From: an uncultured Paraprevotella sp.
Lineage (GTDB): Bacteria > Bacteroidota > Bacteroidia > Bacteroidales > Bacteroidaceae
Assembly: GCA_944320765.1 (NCBI GenBank)
Contig: CALUIS010000016.1
Coordinates: 2,933 to 66,932, forward strand
Reading direction: 5' to 3'
DNA: 64,000 nucleotides
In this document: positions 57,806 through 64,000 of the stretch, piece after piece
How the letters are laid out: every line of letters starts with the position of its first letter
Numbering within the stretch: the stretch's first letter is position 1
The notes under the pieces: model-generated
The model's input: only the letters and a program-made list of their open reading frames with translations
Database searches by the model: none
Told to the model about the DNA's origin: nothing
Translations under genes and position numbers: made by a program

Positions 57806-58900
57806 TCAGTTCCCGCTGCCCGTCGGCAGGCCGGTGAGAGTGACGCGCAGGCGGTAGTAGGCCACGTCGTCCGGATTGTACTGGTCCGGCGTGTATGTAC
57901 GGTCAATGGAGTACGTTCGTGTCTTGTCCGCTGTTTGCTCCATAATTTGGATTTGGTAGTTTATCGTTCCGCCGCCAGGCTGGAAGATGTAGGTGTCCTC
58001 GCGGCCATAGACGGCGGTGCCGGCATTCGCGTCCCCGTCATCGTTGAACAGGAGCGTTTGTTCGTTTCCTGTACTATTCTGTGTCGGCTTGAACACATAT
58101 CCTTCTTGGGGCAGGCCGCTGAGTATGATGGCATTCAGGAACGCGTTGGGGTGCGCCTCGTGGAAGGTTTCAGAGAAGTTCCACTGGATGTCCACCTTGG
58201 CCGCCACATGGTGAAGCGTACCGGTCACCTCGCTTTGCTTCTGTCCGTAGTTTTTAACGGGGATGGCTCCGTTCACCACACCTTCGGCTGCATTGTAAGA
58301 GGAATAGAGGTCGCGAAGCGAGATGGAATGGTTGTCGAATGACAGGGTGATGGCCTCTATCGCGGCCTTGCTCTTTTTCTTAGTTGTTCCGTCTTCCGAA
58401 AGCTCGTCCGGTTGGGGCAGGCCACCGTACACATCTTCCGCGCCCAAGTCGTCCGCACTGGCGATGATGTAGCAGTATGCGTCCGTCGCGCCGTCGATGA
58501 GCGGCAGGTTGATTTGGTCGGTGTAGGAGTACACATATACGTTCTGTCCCGTGCCGTCCGTGGTCCAGCTGTCCCGGATGCCGGAGTACTCGCTGAACAG
58601 CACTTCCTTGGTGTCGCCGTCGGCATCCGTGAAGGCCGTGTAGACGTACAGGTAGTCCGGCAGCGGCAGGCGCGCGTCGCTGCCCGGGTCGCCCGGCGAG
58701 CGTTTGAGGGCTTCCGAGGCCGGGATGCTGATTTGCAGCGGCACGTAGCGGTCCTCGTAGGCCGGCGCGGGCACTTCGTCGTCGTGTTGGCAGGCGGTGA
58801 GCGCCGTCAGGAGGGCGAGCAGGGCCAGTAGTCCTGCCGCGCCTTCCGTCAGTCGCTTCTTATATAAATAGTTTAGTGATGTGTGATGCATGATGTCCAT
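57806..58900 (-). CDS. Lipoprotein, probable type V pilus accessory subunit
   Basis: Lipobox LTAC-QHDDE, then LQISIP...KRSPGDPG (basic cleavage-type site) and LHHVAAKVDI. Lies in an operon with pilin-like genes. Confidence 0.6.
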   Translation of the reverse strand: MDIMHHTSLNYLYKKRLTEGAAGLLALLALLTALTACQHDDEVPAPAYEDRYVPLQISIPASEALKRSPGDPGSDARLPLPDYLYVYTAFTDADGDTKEVLFSEYSGIRDSWTTDGTGQNVYVYSYTDQINLPLIDGATDAYCYIIASADDLGAEDVYGGLPQPDELSEDGTTKKKSKAAIEAITLSFDNHSISLRDLYSSYNAAEGVVNGAIPVKNYGQKQSEVTGTLHHVAAKVDIQWNFSETFHEAHPNAFLNAIILSGLPQEGYVFKPTQNSTGNEQTLLFNDDGDANAGTAVYGREDTYIFQPGGGTINYQIQIMEQTADKTRTYSIDRTYTPDQYNPDDVAYYRLRVTLTGLPTGSGN

Positions 58901-58912
58901 TCTCCTTGTCGT

Positions 58913-60052
58913 TTAGATTTCCACTTCGTGGTTGCCGCCGGGCTTCCAGTCCAGTTCCACGCTCACGCCCACCGACTGGTCCGAGGTGACCACCTGGCCG
59001 TTGTCGTTGAGGCGCGCCTTGATGACCTTCAGGCGGCCGGCGGGCAGGGGTGTCTTCACGTGGAGGGTGCTGCGGGTGGTGCTGCCGTCCGCCAGGGTGG
59101 CGTACACCTCCATGCGCCAGAGGCCCTCGCCGCTGGTGGACACGTCGCCGTTGCCGCGCGTCTCCGGCCCGTCGGCCGAGGGGAAGCACACGGCATGGAA
59201 GGCGATGAGTCCCGCCTCGTCGGTGCGCAGCGTGCGCACCACGGGCGAGCGGTCGTAGCCCGTGAAGGTGCTGTCGGAGGGGGTGTAGCCCGTGGCCATG
59301 TCGCGCACGTAGGCCGTGAGGGCTGCGGGCTGCGCCCCGGCGGTGGGCTGTAGCACGAGGATGGCGGCACTGTTCTGCATGCCCAGCGAGAGGCTGAACT
59401 GCTGGCTCTGCCCTGCCGAGACTTCCATTTCCGCCGTGGTGGAGAAGATGCCCGTGGTCTGGCTGTCCACCGTGTCGGCTTCGGCCTGCTGCACGCGCAG
59501 GGTGGCGAAGCGGTCGGCGGCGGCATATTGCAGGCTGCCCATGTCGGCGGTGTTGGCCAGCGCGGCGTGCTCGTAGGCCCGTGGTTCCACGTAGAGGGTG
59601 AACGAGGCTTGCCCGGCGTTCACCGTGTAGCGGTCGTGCCGGTAGAGCGACTTGTCGTCGCGGTCGAAGAACGAGAGGTCGATGTCTCGTGCCTGGTTGG
59701 TGAACACGCCTGCGAGCCGTTCTTCCAGCCGTGCGGCCAGCTGTTGTTCGGCGGCCGTGGTCAGTTCCGTCTGCAGTTCCGTGCGCAGGTCGAGGGACAG
59801 GCGCAGGTCGTAGCGCAGGGCCACGTCCGCGCCGCACTTCGAGAGGTCCTCGTTGATGCAGCCTGTGAGGGCGAGCGCGGCGGCCGCAGCCAGTCCGGCC
59901 CGTCGCAGGGGGCGTGGCACCTTCCACCGCCTCGTGCTGTCGGCGCGTGGCGGGAGCTGCTCTGTGCGGGAGTGCCTTGTTCCGATGTCAGCTCTCTTGA
60001 TGTTCATTTCCTGTATTTCTTTTTGTCCTTTGGTGGGCGGCGGGCCGGCCAA
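58913..60052 (-). CDS. FimB/Mfa2-like fimbrial lipoprotein; probable start 60007
   Basis: LALTGCINEDLSKC lipobox typical of Mfa2-like proteins, IDLSFFD, and a C-terminal VSVELDWKPGGNHEVEI strand. Confidence 0.7.
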   Translation of the reverse strand: MAGPPPTKGQKEIQEMNIKRADIGTRHSRTEQLPPRADSTRRWKVPRPLRRAGLAAAAALALTGCINEDLSKCGADVALRYDLRLSLDLRTELQTELTTAAEQQLAARLEERLAGVFTNQARDIDLSFFDRDDKSLYRHDRYTVNAGQASFTLYVEPRAYEHAALANTADMGSLQYAAADRFATLRVQQAEADTVDSQTTGIFSTTAEMEVSAGQSQQFSLSLGMQNSAAILVLQPTAGAQPAALTAYVRDMATGYTPSDSTFTGYDRSPVVRTLRTDEAGLIAFHAVCFPSADGPETRGNGDVSTSGEGLWRMEVYATLADGSTTRSTLHVKTPLPAGRLKVIKARLNDNGQVVTSDQSVGVSVELDWKPGGNHEVEI

Positions 60053-60064
60053 GGCCCGCCGCCC
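60035..60064. other. Perfect 12-bp GC hairpin in the leader of the Mfa2-like gene
   Basis: GGGCGGCGGGCC-GGCCAA-GGCCCGCCGCCC; no U tract in the sense direction. Confidence 0.6.
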
Positions 60065-60101
60065 TGTCAGCTGTTTCCAGCTGTTTCCCTTTTGGGGTGT
60101 G

Positions 60102-60274
60102 AAAACTGCTCCGCCTCGTAGGGGAGCTGGCCCGTAGGGCCTGAGGGGTTTGACGCGAACGTCAGCATTCTTTTGAAGTCCGCTTCTGTGGGTGTTTCCC
60201 CTCGTGGTGGTTACCGTGGGTGTGAGACCCCTCAGTCGCTTCGCGACAGCTCCCCTGCAAGGCGGAGCAGTTTT
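60102..60274. repeat. REP-like inverted doublet, copy D (solo)
   Basis: Outer arms AAAACTGCTCCGCCT / AGGCGGAGCAGTTTT are perfectly inverted. The left arm is nearly identical to B/C; the spacer is diverged but homologous. Confidence 0.92.
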
Positions 60275-60314
60275 TTGTGTGTGGCTGTCGCTTTACCTAT
60301 TTATATATAGGGCG

Positions 60315-62288
60315 TCAGTTGATGCTTACGTTGAAGGTGTAGCCCTTTTGCCACTCCAGGTCTACGCTCAGGCCGAGCTGCAGGTTCGTGGCCCGCAGGT
60401 CCGGGATGGTGACGTAGGCGTTCTCCAGCGAGCTGATGGTAACCGTCGCCGTGGTCTTGTAGTCCTGCATGAAGATGTGGTCTACGCCGGAGGGAGCGGG
60501 GGATGAGGCGTTGCCGCCACTGGCCTTGTTCAGCGTGCCGACCAGGTAGAACTTCATGCCCTTGGCGATGAGTCCGCCGTCTACGCCGTAGAAGGCGTCG
60601 CCGTTGTTCGTCATTTCGAGGGCGAAGTTTACTTTATCGGCTTCTGCGCCATTACCGCCTGCACCCTTGTTGTCCAGGAGCAGGGTGTAGTTCGCGTTGG
60701 TCGCTGCGGTGGTCACGTAGGTGTTATCTGCGACGGCGTTGTCGTACACCGTCTGTGTGAATTCTGCGGCTCCAGTTCCCGTTGCAGGCAGGAGGTTGTA
60801 GCCCAGTTTGGTGGGCTGTCCGCCCACGAGGATGCCGTCCAGCGTGAAGCGGTCAATGCCGACCACCACGCTGTTGCCTTCAGAGTCATCCACGTTGTTT
60901 TTAGCGAACTTCACGGTCGTCGCCAGCTGCGCTACGCCGTATTGGATGTTCTTCTCCAGTGCCACGAGGCGGGTGGTGGGCTGCACGGCAGCTTCCCAGC
61001 CGCTCCAGTTGCCAGTATTCATCCAGCTACCTGCCGCGGGGAATGAGGCCGTGGGGTCATCGTTCGTCTTGGCTGCGGTGCTGATGTAGTAAGCCAGCGA
61101 GGCCGGATAGGTCAGGCTGTTGAGCGGCACCTTGTTGTCGCCGGAACCCACGATGATGCCATCGCTGCTGCCTCCCGTGTTGTTGTCCTTCACGTAGGCG
61201 AAAGCACTGTTATCCCACTTTACCTGCATCGCGCCGTCCGGCAGGTTGAAGTTTTCGGGGAATTTCTTGACGTTATCGTCTACGCCGGTCTTCCATTCAA
61301 TGGTGGTTGTTCCGGCTCCGGCTCCGGCATCTTCCTTGGTATAGAACAGCGGAGCTTCCGTTACGGAACCGCTGTTATCGTCGTCAGAGGCGATGGCCGC
61401 TTGGATGGCTTTGGCGATGGTGACGGGGTTGTCGTTGCCCGCAGTGCCTTCCGTGTCATTGGCAATCTTATCTACGGCAAAGTAGAGTTCCTCCATCGCG
61501 GCCTTGATGGCGTTGGCCGAGCCGGCCTTGAGGGTCTGCATGGCATCGTGGAGTGCAATCAGCGTGGCTTTGTCGGGGTTAGACGGGGTGTCATCCGTCA
61601 GTGTGCTCCAGCCGCTTACGTCCATCACGTCGTCCAGCTGGTCCAGCAGGACGTTCTGCGGAGTAGTGAGGTCTCCGCGATTTGTCAGGATTTGCTTCAG
61701 GTTGAAGGTGATGTCGTTCACCGTGCTGATGCTACCGTCATCCAATGAAGTCTCCAGCGCGCCTTGGGCGAAGTATTTTTCCGCCTCGGTGGAATATGCC
61801 GGACTGGTTTTGTACAGCGCCTGTCCGTAGAAGAGGAAGGTGTTCGTACCCGTGGGAATCTCCACGTCGCTGTAAATCTTCTGGCCTTCGTTGTCGGAGG
61901 GGCCGCTCTCGCCGTCACCTGTGCCGCCGAAAGAGGCCGTGATGTTGCTCAGCCGGATGATGGAGGAAATCCCTTCCGAGCCGGTCACCGTGCCGGCAGT
62001 ACCGGGATTGGCGATGTTCAGCGGAATGAGGTTGATGCCCTCCATGCCGAGGAAGTTGTTGCTGCCGCTGCTGGCAGTGTTCTGCGTGTTGTCCGACGTC
62101 ATGCGTTTGTTGGTGTTGGCGTGCGGGATGTTGATGGCGAATTCCGTCTTTACCGTTTCCCCGTTGTAGCTGGGGTTCACGAGTGCGGTCTCCTCGGCGA
62201 GGTTGTCGTCGGAGCTGCAGGCGGTGAAAGCCGCCGCGCCTGCCAGCAAAGCCATGCTGAACAGACTGTACTTTGTGAATTGTTTCAT
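60315..62288 (-). CDS. Probable type V pilin (major-subunit-like lipoprotein)
   Basis: Lipobox FTAC-SSDD, ETVKTEFAINIP...NKRMTS, and C-terminal LGLSVDLEWQKGYTFNVSIN. Confidence 0.65.
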   Translation of the reverse strand: MKQFTKYSLFSMALLAGAAAFTACSSDDNLAEETALVNPSYNGETVKTEFAINIPHANTNKRMTSDNTQNTASSGSNNFLGMEGINLIPLNIANPGTAGTVTGSEGISSIIRLSNITASFGGTGDGESGPSDNEGQKIYSDVEIPTGTNTFLFYGQALYKTSPAYSTEAEKYFAQGALETSLDDGSISTVNDITFNLKQILTNRGDLTTPQNVLLDQLDDVMDVSGWSTLTDDTPSNPDKATLIALHDAMQTLKAGSANAIKAAMEELYFAVDKIANDTEGTAGNDNPVTIAKAIQAAIASDDDNSGSVTEAPLFYTKEDAGAGAGTTTIEWKTGVDDNVKKFPENFNLPDGAMQVKWDNSAFAYVKDNNTGGSSDGIIVGSGDNKVPLNSLTYPASLAYYISTAAKTNDDPTASFPAAGSWMNTGNWSGWEAAVQPTTRLVALEKNIQYGVAQLATTVKFAKNNVDDSEGNSVVVGIDRFTLDGILVGGQPTKLGYNLLPATGTGAAEFTQTVYDNAVADNTYVTTAATNANYTLLLDNKGAGGNGAEADKVNFALEMTNNGDAFYGVDGGLIAKGMKFYLVGTLNKASGGNASSPAPSGVDHIFMQDYKTTATVTISSLENAYVTIPDLRATNLQLGLSVDLEWQKGYTFNVSIN

Positions 62289-62363
62289 AACGTTTACGTT
62301 TTAGGTTTTTAACTATGTTTGTTTATCTCTCTCTCTGTTTCTGTGCTTTCTGGACCTCTGCGC

Positions 62364-64000
62364 TCAGGGGAGGGTGACATCCTGGGTGTAGCCCTGTTGC
62401 CATTGCAGGTGTACCCACAGGGCGAGTTGCAGGCTGGTGGACCGCAGGTCGGGCACGGTGAGGTAGGCGTTCGCCAGCGAATGGATGGTGACGTTCGCCG
62501 TGGTGGTGTAGTCCTGCGCGAAGGTGCGGCCCGTTCGCGTGCCGGCCGAAGCCTCTTCGGGGTCCAGCTGCCCCACGAGGTAGAACTTCATGCCGCTGGC
62601 AATCAGTCCCCCGTCGAGGCCGTAGAAGGCGTCGCCGTGGTTTTGCAGTTCCAGGGCGAAGTTCACGGTCTCGGTCGTGCCCTCCCGCTGGTTGTCCAGC
62701 AGCAGGGTGTAGTTCTCGGGAGTCGCCGTGGTGGTCACGTAGGTGTCCGCTGCGACGGCGTTGTCGTACACCGTCCGGTCGAACGTCGTGCCCGTGGCGG
62801 GCAGCAGCCGGTAGTCCGTCCGGGCGGGCTGTCCGCCCACGAGGATGCCCGTAAGCTCGAAGCGGTTGTTGGCCACCGCGATGCGGTGCCCCTCCGAGTC
62901 CTCCACGGGCGATTGCGCGAAGCGCACGGTGGTGGCCAGTTGCGCCACGGCGTATTGGATGTGGTCCTTCAGCGCCACGAGGCGCGAGATGGGCCGCACG
63001 GTGTTCGTCCAGCCGTTATCATCCCAAGGGCTTGTCTCCCAGCTGCCCGCGTCGGGGAACTGGGCCGACGGGTCGTCGTGGCTCCGCACGGCGGAGCAGG
63101 CGTAGTAGGCCAGCGAGGCCGGATAGGTCAGGCTGTTGAGCTTCACCTTGTCGGTGCCGCCCACGGTGATGCCGTCGCCGCCGGTCTCCGTGTCGTCCTC
63201 CACGTAGGAGAAGCGCCCCTTCGTGTCGTTCCACGCGAGTTGCACGGCGCCCTCCGGCAGGTGCTGCGCGGCGGGGAAGTCGGTGATGGCTTTGTTCGTG
63301 ACGGCCCATTCCAGTTCGTAGGTGCCGTCCCCGTCCGTGTCGGATGCCTGGAACAGGGCGGACTGGCCTGTGATGGCCGTCTGGATGGCTTTGGCGATGC
63401 TTTGCGGCGTTCCGCCCGCTTGTGCTTCCGCAATGGGGCTTACGGCGTTGTAGAGGCTTTCCAGCGTCAGGCGGACGGCTTCTGCCGAACCGGCCTGTAG
63501 CTCCTGCATGTTGGCGTAGAGCACGGCCAGCGTCTGCTCGTCGCGGTCCGTGGACGCGTCGTCCGTCCCGCTCCAGCTGTTCACGCCCATCACTTGGTTC
63601 AGCTGGGCGAGCAAGGCGTTCTTCGGGGTTTCCAGGTCGGCGGTCAGGATTTGCTTCAGGTTGAAGCCGATGTTGTTCACCGTGCTGATGCTGCCGTCGT
63701 CCAGCGAGGTCTCCAGCGCACCCTGGGCGAAGTATTTGTCTGCATCGGTGGAATAGCTGTCATACTTCGCCTGCCCGTAGAAGAGGAAGGTGTTCGTGCC
63801 CGTGGGGATGTTCACGTCGGTGTAGATTTTCCGTCCCGCGTCGTGCCCGTTCGTGGTGGTGCCTGTGGTCCAGTCCTCTCCGCCCGTGTCGTCGATGTCG
63901 TCCAGGCTGATCATGTAGCTCAGGTAGCATTCGCTGGCGTTGCCGATTTCGCCGTCGTATGCCGTAGCCAGCGGGATGAGGCGGATGTCCTGCATGCCGA
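62364..64000 (-). CDS. Paralog of the adjacent pilin-like gene (5' end beyond the window)
   Basis: Shares IPTGTNTFLFYGQA, YFAQGALETSLDDGSISTVN, LNSLTYPASLAYY and DGGLIA.GMKFYLVG with 60315-62288; C-terminal LWVHLQWQQGYTQDVTLP. Confidence 0.75.
   Translation of the reverse strand, partial: GMQDIRLIPLATAYDGEIGNASECYLSYMISLDDIDDTGGEDWTTGTTTNGHDAGRKIYTDVNIPTGTNTFLFYGQAKYDSYSTDADKYFAQGALETSLDDGSISTVNNIGFNLKQILTADLETPKNALLAQLNQVMGVNSWSGTDDASTDRDEQTLAVLYANMQELQAGSAEAVRLTLESLYNAVSPIAEAQAGGTPQSIAKAIQTAITGQSALFQASDTDGDGTYELEWAVTNKAITDFPAAQHLPEGAVQLAWNDTKGRFSYVEDDTETGGDGITVGGTDKVKLNSLTYPASLAYYACSAVRSHDDPSAQFPDAGSWETSPWDDNGWTNTVRPISRLVALKDHIQYAVAQLATTVRFAQSPVEDSEGHRIAVANNRFELTGILVGGQPARTDYRLLPATGTTFDRTVYDNAVAADTYVTTTATPENYTLLLDNQREGTTETVNFALELQNHGDAFYGLDGGLIASGMKFYLVGQLDPEEASAGTRTGRTFAQDYTTTANVTIHSLANAYLTVPDLRSTSLQLALWVHLQWQQGYTQDVTLP

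Noticed and set aside
62326-62336. (TC)5 microsatellite upstream of the pilin gene as a phase-variation tract
   Set aside because: Too short, and not placed within a recognisable promoter or coding frame.
60315-64000. Pilin paralogs as a diversity-generating retroelement template/variable pair
   Set aside because: No reverse transcriptase in the window. Similarity is spread along both full coding genes and the differences are not adenine-specific.

Overview
Bacteroidales-type genomic window (TAnnTTTG promoter boxes, fused lpxC-fabZ, lipoproteins and T9SS-like C-terminal domains) with four zones. (1) 1-~11.67 kb: right end of a lower-GC accessory island. It carries a minus-strand restriction-modification operon (XRE HTH, two C5-cytosine methyltransferases, McrB-like GTPase, DUF2357/PD-(D/E)XK nuclease, DUF2971-like protein, and a vsr gene missed by the ORF track), plus an AlbA_2/Schlafen-HATPase gene, a membrane protein and rhuM. 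(2) 11.7-33.1 kb: GC-rich peptidase/CAZyme region with no SusC/D (DPP IV, radical SAM, GH105-DUF4861, GH3, GH2, a multidomain GH128, GH43) and a DUF6057 / CxxCH beta-propeller lipoprotein / S9 peptidase operon. (3) 33.2-44.6 kb: housekeeping genes (PIF1-like helicase-TPR, PBP1A, miaA, lpxA, lpxC-fabZ, lpxD, pyrF, prfA). (4) 45-64 kb: surface-structure locus with a 3958-aa eight-module beta-helix protein and type V pilin-like lipoproteins, punctuated by four copies of a ~135-173-bp inverted REP-like doublet. Two of these copies form ~166-bp direct repeats that closely bracket a DUF559 endonuclease gene. This DUF559/REP-doublet unit, with covarying GNA-triloop hairpins and solo copies nearby, is the best candidate for an undescribed system. 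No rRNA, tRNA, CRISPR array or integrase was recognised. All family assignments come from motif recognition by eye; no searches were run.
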